In this document: in pieces, positions 1-6,838 of the stretch
Layout of the letters: each line of letters begins with the position of its first letter
Numbering within the stretch: position 1 is the first letter of the stretch
Source of the DNA: Vulcanimicrobiaceae bacterium
GTDB taxonomy: Bacteria > Vulcanimicrobiota > Vulcanimicrobiia > Vulcanimicrobiales > Vulcanimicrobiaceae
NCBI GenBank assembly: GCA_046262595.1
Contig: JBHEMM010000032.1
Coordinates: 11,798-21,905, forward strand
Length of the DNA: 10,108 bases
Direction: 5' to 3'
Translations under genes and position numbers: made by a program
Notes under the pieces: model-generated
Told to the model about the DNA's origin: nothing
What the model saw: only the letters and a program-made list of their open reading frames with translations
Database searches by the model: none

Positions 1-1326
1 ATCACGTCCGCACCGCTGATCTTCTCGCCCGTGCCGGAGATGCGTTTCCCCGGGCTCGCGTTTAACGCAACCATTCCGGGCCCGCTGCTGCGCGTTCGCC
101 ACGGCCAAAGCCTTCGCGTGACGTTCCGCAACCGCGCCAGCGACGCGGCGACGGTCCATTGGCACGGCATGGTGCTGCCGAACGATATGGACGGTGTGGA
201 GAACGTCACGCAGCGCCCCGTTCCCAAGGGCGGCTCGTTCGAATACCGGTTCACGCCGAATCCGCCGGGAACGCGATGGTATCACGATCACGTCGGCGGC
301 GGCTTGGCGCGCGGTCTGTTCGGCATGATCGTCGTCGAAGATCCGCACGACGATCCCGCCGGTGCGGAGTTCGCGCTCGTGTTTCACGACGTTCCGCGGC
401 TCAGCACATTCGAGAGTGCGATGATGGGCACGAGCTCCGCTCCCATGATCGATCCGCTGGGCTCGCCCGAGATGCTGGAAATGAAAGCGGACGACAAAAT
501 GGGCGATGAGGTCGCGTACGCGGCGCATTGCATCAACGGCGCAGTTTACCCGAACACGCAGAAACTTGCCGTGAAAGTAGGACAGCGCGTGCGCTTGCGC
601 ATCCTGAACGCCAATCCGACGCAGACGCGATACGTCCGTTTGGCGGGGCACCGCTTGAGCGTGACGCACACCGACGGCAATCCGCTAACCAAGCCCATCG
701 ACGTGGATGCACTGCGCATCGGCGTCGGCGAACGCTACGACGCATGGTTTGAAGTCACCGCGCCGGGCTCGTGGCTGCTGCAGGGACTCTCGAGCGATCC
801 GCTCGCATACCAGCAGGCCGCCGTGGTGCATACGCCCGGAATGGAAAACGCTTCACCGCAAAGCAGCTCACAAACGCTCGAGGGCGTCGACTACTTTACG
901 TATGAAAAAGCCGGCGGCGTGTCCCCCGCGCCTCTTGCCCGTCGTGCGGATGCGCGGCACCGCTACGTCTTCACCCTCGGCGGCGGCGCTTACGGCAGCA
1001 ACCGCTGGACGATCAACGGCAAGACGTTCCCCGATACGCCCAAGATCGACGTGGATCGCGGCGACATCGTGGAAGTGCACTTCAAGAACACGACGGACAT
1101 GGATCATCCGATGCATCTGCACGGGCACGTCTTCGATCTGATTGAGACGGACGGCACGGTGCTTGCAATGCCGCTGCACAAAGACACGAGCCTGATCCAC
1201 GGAAACGGCGGCACGGCGACGTGGCGTTTCAAGGCCGATTCACCCGCGGGACGCTGGCTGCTGCACTGCCACAATGAGATTCACATGATGGACGGAATGA
1301 TGACCGAGGTGGTATACCATCGTTGA
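1..1326 (+). CDS. Multicopper oxidase (three cupredoxin domains), 5'-partial
   Basis: Frame is open from base 1, so the true start probably lies upstream. All four MCO copper motifs are present: HWHG, WYHDH, HPMHLHG, HCHNEIHMMDGM (axial Met). Stop TGA 1324-1326. Confidence 0.96.
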   Translation: MTSAPLIFSPVPEMRFPGLAFNATIPGPLLRVRHGQSLRVTFRNRASDAATVHWHGMVLPNDMDGVENVTQRPVPKGGSFEYRFTPNPPGTRWYHDHVGGGLARGLFGMIVVEDPHDDPAGAEFALVFHDVPRLSTFESAMMGTSSAPMIDPLGSPEMLEMKADDKMGDEVAYAAHCINGAVYPNTQKLAVKVGQRVRLRILNANPTQTRYVRLAGHRLSVTHTDGNPLTKPIDVDALRIGVGERYDAWFEVTAPGSWLLQGLSSDPLAYQQAAVVHTPGMENASPQSSSQTLEGVDYFTYEKAGGVSPAPLARRADARHRYVFTLGGGAYGSNRWTINGKTFPDTPKIDVDRGDIVEVHFKNTTDMDHPMHLHGHVFDLIETDGTVLAMPLHKDTSLIHGNGGTATWRFKADSPAGRWLLHCHNEIHMMDGMMTEVVYHR

Positions 1327-2306
1327 TGCATGATCTGAGCAAATCGCGCATCGCCGTCACCGGCGGTGCGGGCCTCATCGGCAGCGCGTTGATATGGGCG
1401 CTCAACCGGCGGGGCATCAGCGACATCGTCGTTGTCGATCGCCTCGACACAACGGAAAAATGGAAGAATCTGGTGCCGCTGCAATACCGCGACTATGTGG
1501 ATGCGGACGATTTTCCGGGGCAGCTGGGCGGCATTGGCACCATCGTGCACTTGGGCGCGTGTTCTTCGACGACCGAAGCCGATGCCGGCTACCTCATGCG
1601 CAACAACTTCCAGTATACCAAACAGCTGGCGGTCGAGGCGGCGCGCAAAGGCATCCGCTTCGTTTACGCCTCCTCGGCGGCGACGTACGGGCCGCTGGAG
1701 GACGATCTGAGCGATGCCGCCGATCTCGACACGCTGCGGCCGCTCAACGCGTACGCCTTCTCGAAGCACCGGTTCGATCTGTACGCGCGCGATCACGGCT
1801 TGCTCGAGGCGATCACCGGCATCAAATACTTCAATATCTTCGGCCCGAACGAGCACCACAAAGCCGACATGCGAAGCTTGGTGGATAAAGCGTTCGATCA
1901 GATACGCGACACGGGCAGCATCAAACTGTTCAAAAGCTACCGCGCACAGTTTTGCGACGGCGAGCAGCGCCGCGACTTTTTGTATGTGAAAGATGCTGTA
2001 GCGATGACGCTGCATCTTACACAAGCGCCGGCATACGGTTTATACAATGTGGGATCCGGGCAAGCGCACACGTGGCTGGAGCTCGTGCGCCCGATCTTCC
2101 GTGCGATGGACGTGCCCGAGCGTATCGAGTTCATCGACATGCCGCGAACGCTGCGCGAGAAATACCAATACAGCACGCGCGCGCGCATCGAGAAGCTGCG
2201 CGCGAGCGGCTATACCGCGGCAGCGACGCCGTTGGAGGAAGCCGTCACGGATTACGTTTCGAATTACTTAACGCCGGGGCGGCGCCTGGATCCGGCGCAG
2301 GCGTAA
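1326..2306 (+). CDS. hldD: ADP-L-glycero-D-manno-heptose 6-epimerase (extended SDR family)
   Basis: VTGGAGLIG NAD(P)-binding motif, HLGACSSTTE, YASSAATYG, PLNAYAFSK (YxxxK), YFNIFGPNEHHK, GEQRRDFLYVKD and YQYSTRA all resemble HldD/RfaD/GmhD. ATG 1326 overlaps the MCO stop (TGATG). Confidence 0.92.
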   Translation: MHDLSKSRIAVTGGAGLIGSALIWALNRRGISDIVVVDRLDTTEKWKNLVPLQYRDYVDADDFPGQLGGIGTIVHLGACSSTTEADAGYLMRNNFQYTKQLAVEAARKGIRFVYASSAATYGPLEDDLSDAADLDTLRPLNAYAFSKHRFDLYARDHGLLEAITGIKYFNIFGPNEHHKADMRSLVDKAFDQIRDTGSIKLFKSYRAQFCDGEQRRDFLYVKDAVAMTLHLTQAPAYGLYNVGSGQAHTWLELVRPIFRAMDVPERIEFIDMPRTLREKYQYSTRARIEKLRASGYTAAATPLEEAVTDYVSNYLTPGRRLDPAQA

Positions 2307-2334
2307 CCGCCCCTAGCAGGCAACGTACCGCGCC

Positions 2335-3099
2335 ATGAGCGAGCCATCTCGAGCCCAACGGCGCCGCGGCGAACGCGGCGGCAGCACAACCCCCAAAAAA
2401 CGCGATCCGATGGTTCCGGTCTACACCGGTCTGGCGATTTTGCTTGTGCTCGTCTTTGCCGGCTTCGGCATTGCCAACTGGCTGGCGGGCAATGCGCGCG
2501 CGAAAGCCATAGCGTTCGATCAGAGCACGCCCACGCCCGGGCCGGCGCCAACGCAAAAGCCCATCCCCGTCAAAGACTTGCAGACTGTCGGTACGCCGAC
2601 CGGCTTCCCGGTGCCCAACGCACAAAAAGGCATCTTGTCCGATACGAAAGCGGGCGGCCAAAACCAGCCGGTCGACGGAATACCGTGCGAGACCAGCGAG
2701 CAGGTCGCGATGCACGTTCATGGCCATCTTGCGCTGATCGTCAACGGAAAGACCGTCCAGATTCCGCCATACATCGGAATGGCCCCGAACGGCACGGGCG
2801 GCTGCTTATATTGGCTGCACACGCATGACGCGAGCGGCATCATTCACGTCGAGGCCGGTGACGTGTCCGCTCCCAACGGCGGACCGTTTACGCTTGGTAT
2901 GTTCTTCGACATCTGGGGACAGCCGCTGACCCGCACGCAAGCCGGCCCCTTCAACGGGCCCGTCACCGCGTACGTGAACGGCGCATCCTATACGGGCGAC
3001 TTGAAAGCCATTCCGCTGCGTTCGCATCAAGTGATTACGCTCGAGGTCGGCTCGCCGGTCATCCCGCCGCCGAACTACCAGATTCCGAAAACGGATTAG
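2335..3099 (+). CDS. Uncharacterised membrane-anchored protein with His-rich extracytoplasmic domain (putative metal binding)
   Basis: Basic N-terminus, one hydrophobic helix (VYTGLAILLVLVFAGFGIA), Pro/Thr linker, then C-x7-HVHGH and CLYWLHTHDASGIIHVE, plus FTLGMFFDIWG. High GC3 codon pattern. CDS is secure, function is not. Confidence 0.85.
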   Translation: MSEPSRAQRRRGERGGSTTPKKRDPMVPVYTGLAILLVLVFAGFGIANWLAGNARAKAIAFDQSTPTPGPAPTQKPIPVKDLQTVGTPTGFPVPNAQKGILSDTKAGGQNQPVDGIPCETSEQVAMHVHGHLALIVNGKTVQIPPYIGMAPNGTGGCLYWLHTHDASGIIHVEAGDVSAPNGGPFTLGMFFDIWGQPLTRTQAGPFNGPVTAYVNGASYTGDLKAIPLRSHQVITLEVGSPVIPPPNYQIPKTD

Positions 3100-3112
3100 C
3101 CGAGCGACGGTG

Positions 3113-3661
3113 ATGAAACGCCTGCTAACCGCTGCCGCTCTCGCGTGTTTTGCCGCCGGATGCTCCTCGCAGAGTCCGGTTGCGAAAACAGCGGCAGGTC
3201 CCCCCGCCGCTGCGTTCACGCTGCGCGATCAAGACGGTAAGCCGCAATCGGTCGGCACAGCATCGTCGAGTGCGACCGCGCTGTACTTCGGATACACGCA
3301 CTGCAAAGATGTCTGCCCGCAGACGCTCGCGATGCTCGGACGCGCGCGCGCCCAGGCGCATCTGACGGCGCAACAGCTTCGCATCGTCATGGTGACGGTC
3401 GATCCGGCGCGCGATTCGCGGGCAGCGCTCAAAGCATTCGTGCAGCGCACGGGCGTGAAGATGTCGGCCTTGAGAGGGAGCAACACGCAACTGCACCGCA
3501 TCTACAAGGCATACGGCGTCGTCATTCAACCGCAGGGCCGCGACTTGGGGCACACCGATTACGCCTACCTGATCGACCGTCATGCGCGCCTGAGCGCAGT
3601 TGTCAGCGACCATACTGCGTTAAACGAGGTTGCGCGGCGCCTGCGTTCGCTCTTAAACTGA
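3113..3661 (+). CDS. SCO1/SenC-family copper chaperone, probable lipoprotein
   Basis: YFGYTHCKDVCP (CxxxC), VTVDPARD, distal His in LGHTDYAYLID; signal peptide MKRLLTAAALACFAAG-C. GTG at 3110 is an alternative start. Confidence 0.93.
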   Translation: MKRLLTAAALACFAAGCSSQSPVAKTAAGPPAAAFTLRDQDGKPQSVGTASSSATALYFGYTHCKDVCPQTLAMLGRARAQAHLTAQQLRIVMVTVDPARDSRAALKAFVQRTGVKMSALRGSNTQLHRIYKAYGVVIQPQGRDLGHTDYAYLIDRHARLSAVVSDHTALNEVARRLRSLLN

Positions 3662-3668
3662 TTCTATA

Positions 3669-4625
3669 GTGAACGCCCTGCTCGCCGTGCTGCTAGCCGC
3701 CGCTGCGCTGGTGCCCGTGCACGCGACCGTCCTGGGGCCGGGACCCCACGCAACGCACGTGGCGCGAATCGACGCTGTGACCGCAACGCTGCCCGCTCAA
3801 ACGCGCGACGTACGCATCGTTCCCCTACTGCACGTGCCGGCGGGAACCGGCGTCGACGCCTTTCTGGACCGCTCGCGCACGCCGTGGCGCTTGTTTGACG
3901 CCGCGATCGCCGCCCGCTTTACGCCGGGGCTTCCCGAAAGCGGGAAAGTGCAGCCGATCGACATCGGATCGCCTTTGCCGCACACGCGCCTTGTCGATCA
4001 GCGCGGTAATCCGGTGGACCTTGCGTCGTTCGCGCGCAATAAAGTGCTGCTGCTCGCGTTTATCTTCACGCGCTGCCCCGACCGCGACGAGTGTCCGCTC
4101 CTGAGCGCGAAATTTGCGGAACTGCAGGCGCAGCTCGATCCGGCCCGCTTCCGTCTTGCCGAGATCACGCTCGATCCAACGTACGACTCGCCGCAGATCA
4201 ACGCGGCATACGGGCGGCGCTTCGGTGCGAACCCGGCACGGTGGTCGATCTTGACCGGCCAAGGGCGGGATGTCGCGCATTTGCTTGATCGTTTCGGCAT
4301 CTCCTCGCTGCGCGTGAACGATGAAAAAGTGCTGCACAACGACAAGGTGTTTCTCGTCTCGCCCGGCGGCAACGTTTCGGACGTTGTGCAGACGACGCAA
4401 TTTTCAACGGGCGCGCTCGCGGCGCAGGCAAAGCATTTGGCCGGGATTGCTTCCAATCCGTTCGGACGATTGCAACTTTCACTGGTTGCCGGTGCTGTTG
4501 CGTTATGCGGCGGTAGTCAATTTGCCGGAGTCGTGCTGCTTGAAACGGTGCTGTTCTTGCTCATCGCCCTATGCGCATTCGTTGCCCTATCGTGGATCGC
4601 GCGTATCCTACGGCATAACGCCTGA
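3669..4625 (+). CDS. SCO-family protein (Cx5C type) with N-terminal extra domain and C-terminal membrane segment(s)
   Basis: FIFTRCPDRDECP, ITLDPTYDSP, WSILTG, distal His in VLHNDKVFLV; hydrophobic signal-like N-terminus from GTG 3669; hydrophobic C-terminal helices. Confidence 0.88.
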   Translation: MNALLAVLLAAAALVPVHATVLGPGPHATHVARIDAVTATLPAQTRDVRIVPLLHVPAGTGVDAFLDRSRTPWRLFDAAIAARFTPGLPESGKVQPIDIGSPLPHTRLVDQRGNPVDLASFARNKVLLLAFIFTRCPDRDECPLLSAKFAELQAQLDPARFRLAEITLDPTYDSPQINAAYGRRFGANPARWSILTGQGRDVAHLLDRFGISSLRVNDEKVLHNDKVFLVSPGGNVSDVVQTTQFSTGALAAQAKHLAGIASNPFGRLQLSLVAGAVALCGGSQFAGVVLLETVLFLLIALCAFVALSWIARILRHNA

Positions 4626-4857
4626 GGAAATACCACGCGCCCCGCCGCGCGATAACGAAGGCCGAACTCAATCCGAACAGCGCCAGCGCGAGCAGCGCAA
4701 GATTCGCGACGAGCGCGAGGGCGATCGCATGAATGTCGGCGTTCGCATTGTGCACGAGACCCCAGCTGTAGCGTTGAAGCGGCACGCCGCCGGCGATCAT
4801 CGTCGTGTCGCTCGCCGCGACGCAAGCGCACAGGTACCGCGTGCGGACGTAAATCAT
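4561..4857 (-). CDS. Small hypothetical membrane protein (98 aa)
   Basis: ATG overlaps the stop of the upstream kinase (ATGA); it fills the otherwise empty 4626-4853 gap; one long hydrophobic stretch (IALALVANLALLALALFGLSSAFVIA) followed by Arg residues. The last 65 nt overlap the SCO gene on the opposite strand. Confidence 0.62.
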   Translation of the reverse strand: MIYVRTRYLCACVAASDTTMIAGGVPLQRYSWGLVHNANADIHAIALALVANLALLALALFGLSSAFVIARRGAWYFLRRYAVGYARSTIGQRMRIGR

Positions 4858-5756
4858 GCAGCCGAGGCGATGCGCGTGAGCGCATAAGCGATAGCTGCGG
4901 CGCTCTCGTCCGGACTACCGAGCGTGAGACGGTAACACTTGACGCCGTGGAGCGAACCGATGGCGCGCGCGACGCGGTCCACCATGTCCCCGCGGGCGTC
5001 GAACCAGCGGCTCACCGAGGGCAGCGCCGCGGCGGTGTCGATCGCCTCCAAGGCCGCGCAGTTCCCCGAACCGCTGAGCACAAAGAGCGCGCGCAGCGGG
5101 CGCGGTTGTGCGATGGCATCCCCACCGAAACACGTGCGCATCGAGAGATCCGGCTTCGTGTGCAGCGCATCCACGAGATTTCCGGCGGTGTCGTTTTCCG
5201 CCAGCAGCAGGCGCGCACCGGCGGCGCGAACGGACGAACGGCGCAGGAACGGATGCACGATATTGTCGCGCAAAATCGTGCGCTCGTCCGAGTAGACGTG
5301 CATGCCGCGCCGCGCGCAGGCGAGCATGGTCGCCGTTTTTCCCGCCGTTGCCGCGCCGGCGATCGCCGCGGCGATCCCCTTGAACTCCACGGCGGCCGCA
5401 TGCATCGAGGCCAAATGCGGATCGAACCGCACGAGCGCCGCGAGCGCCACGGTGTCGCCTAAAAAAAGCACTGCATCGGCCGGAAGCGCGCCCTGCGACC
5501 ATCGCCAGGAAGAGCCGTGCCTGCACCAAAACGCATAGCCGCCGCGCACCGTGGCTATATAGTAGCGAAAATCTGCCGCGCGCGTTGCCGGATGATCGCC
5601 GTAGCGCATCGCGAAGAGCTGCGCGACTTCAGCTACGTCGGTGCACAGCTCCATAACGACGCCCGCAATCTCACACGTTGCCGTATGGATGCAGTGGCGC
5701 TCGAGTGACGCGTTCCCCTCGCCGTTGGCACGAACCAACTGCTCGGCCCGAATCAC
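4854..5756 (-). CDS. HprK-related P-loop kinase (copy 2, His retained)
   Basis: MHAAAVEFKGIAAAIAGAATAGKT (His + Walker A), RGMHVYSDE acidic pair, PLRALFVL. Start placed at GTG 5756 (GTGA overlap with the upstream stop); ATG 5762 is equally possible. Confidence 0.82.
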   Translation of the reverse strand: MIRAEQLVRANGEGNASLERHCIHTATCEIAGVVMELCTDVAEVAQLFAMRYGDHPATRAADFRYYIATVRGGYAFWCRHGSSWRWSQGALPADAVLFLGDTVALAALVRFDPHLASMHAAAVEFKGIAAAIAGAATAGKTATMLACARRGMHVYSDERTILRDNIVHPFLRRSSVRAAGARLLLAENDTAGNLVDALHTKPDLSMRTCFGGDAIAQPRPLRALFVLSGSGNCAALEAIDTAAALPSVSRWFDARGDMVDRVARAIGSLHGVKCYRLTLGSPDESAAAIAYALTRIASAA

Positions 5757-6646
5757 GCGCATGCGCGCACTGTCCGGACGATCAACTCGGCGGTTTCTTG
5801 CGGCCGTCCCGTTTGAAGATCGAACACGGCGACGTTGCGCAGCGCGCGCTTCGCGGCCGCCACTTCGAGCAGCTGGAACGGGCGCGAATACGCGCGCTGC
5901 AGCAGCGTGGGAAGGCTGCGCTCCGGATCGCTCGCGCGCGCTTGCGGCTCTTCGCCGCGGTCGCGCAGAATGAAGATTGCGCGCAGCCGGTGGTCGCGTT
6001 CTGCGGGCTTTATGCCGCCCAAGTCCTGCGCACCCAAACCGTACCAAAAACGCCCGCGCGCCGTCTGCACGACACGCTGCGATTGCTCGATCGATGCGCG
6101 CATCGCGGCGGGAAGAAACGGCAACGCTGCTTCGCGCAGTGCAGGAAGCCGCGCAAGCGCCCGCGCCATGCCCGCACGTAAATCCAGACACACGGTTTCG
6201 TCGCCCAAAAGAAGCGCGCCGTTGGCCGCGAGCTGCAGCGCCAAGACGGTCTTGCCGGAATAAGAAGGGCCGATGAGCATCACCGCGGCTCCGTCGATCG
6301 TCACCGAGGCCCCGTAAAAGGCCAGCGAACCGGGAACGGCCGCGGAAAAACGCGCGAAGACTTCCTTGAGCGCATAGTACGAGGAGAGCAGCGGCGAGGG
6401 CGAAGCGCCTTCGCCCGTGGAAAGCACGCGGCGGTCGAACCGCACGTGAAGCCGGCCATCTCCCATGCGCCGCAGCGCGGCTGTGTGGTGCGCCGTACGG
6501 GCCGGGTCGGAACGTAAAGCGCCGTACGTCGAATTCAAGATTTCGGCCGACGGCTCATCACGGACATCCACTGCGAGTGTCCGGCCGGCGAACGCGAAAA
6601 GCACCCGCGTTTGGGCGAGCGGACCTGAAGCTAAGCCTGCAGCCAT
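5753..6646 (-). CDS. HprK-related P-loop kinase (copy 1, His replaced by Tyr)
   Basis: FYGASVTIDGAAVMLIGPSYSGKT (Walker A), NGALLLGDE, LRAIFIL; GGAGG Shine-Dalgarno 5 nt upstream of ATG 6646. Confidence 0.85.
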   Translation of the reverse strand: MAAGLASGPLAQTRVLFAFAGRTLAVDVRDEPSAEILNSTYGALRSDPARTAHHTAALRRMGDGRLHVRFDRRVLSTGEGASPSPLLSSYYALKEVFARFSAAVPGSLAFYGASVTIDGAAVMLIGPSYSGKTVLALQLAANGALLLGDETVCLDLRAGMARALARLPALREAALPFLPAAMRASIEQSQRVVQTARGRFWYGLGAQDLGGIKPAERDHRLRAIFILRDRGEEPQARASDPERSLPTLLQRAYSRPFQLLEVAAAKRALRNVAVFDLQTGRPQETAELIVRTVRACA

Positions 6647-6651
6647 GTGCG

Positions 6652-6664
6652 CCTCCCCCCTCCT
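6652..6664 (-). promoter_or_regulatory. Ribosome binding site(s) of kinase copy 1
   Basis: Minus strand reads AGGAGGGGGGAGG-cgcac-ATG. Confidence 0.75.
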
Positions 6665-6692
6665 ACCGGCATAGCGATCCTCCCGCCGCGGT

Positions 6693-6719
6693 GCGGCAAG
6701 AGTATCGTACCTTTGCCGC
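6693..6719. repeat. Inverted repeat / hairpin in the divergent intergenic region
   Basis: GCGGCAA (6693-6699) and TTGCCGC (6713-6719) flank a 13-nt spacer containing a minus-strand TACGAT (6709-6704). Confidence 0.5.
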
Positions 6720-6766
6720 TAGCCCCGGCGCGACGGCATAGCAGAACCCTTGAGCGGGCCGCTCGG

Positions 6767-6793
6767 GGAATGCCAAACTAGGCCGTTCGGTTG
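6767..6793 (+). promoter_or_regulatory. Putative ECF sigma (SigR/SigH-type) autoregulatory promoter
   Basis: GGAAT (6767-6771) - 18 nt - GTTG (6790-6793) matches the GGAAT-N18-GTT consensus of Streptomyces SigR / Mycobacterium SigH; it ends 64 nt upstream of the sigma ATG. Confidence 0.7.
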
Positions 6794-6796
6794 TAA

Positions 6797-6838
6797 CGCC
6801 GGGCGTTTTTCGCGCCCAAGGCGTTTTGTTGCCCGGCG
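6797..6838 (+). repeat. Inverted repeat in the predicted sigma factor 5' leader
   Basis: CGCCGGGC (6797-6804) / GCCCGGCG (6831-6838), with an inner CGCC-CAA-GGCG (6813-6823). Confidence 0.5.

Noticed and set aside
3654..3671. AT-rich patch (TAAACT...TATAGT) before the second SCO as an internal promoter
   Set aside because: No -35 support, and the patch is largely explained by the stop codon and short spacer.
4321..4887. 188-aa + strand ORF and 122-aa - strand ORF (4517..4885) covering the SCO-kinase gap
   Set aside because: Both overlap confident genes more extensively and look like low-complexity shadows; the ATGA-coupled 98-aa ORF explains the gap better.
5757..6191. N-terminal extension of the 445-aa ORF 4854..6191
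   Set aside because: It overlaps kinase 1 on the same strand in another frame and is low-complexity Arg/Ala sequence; similarity to the paralogue begins only after the start at 5762/5756.
4561..6646. Lasso peptide or other RiPP cluster suggested by the HprK-related kinases
   Set aside because: I could find no precursor with a lasso leader motif, cyclase, B1/B2 or PqqD protein, or transporter in the window.
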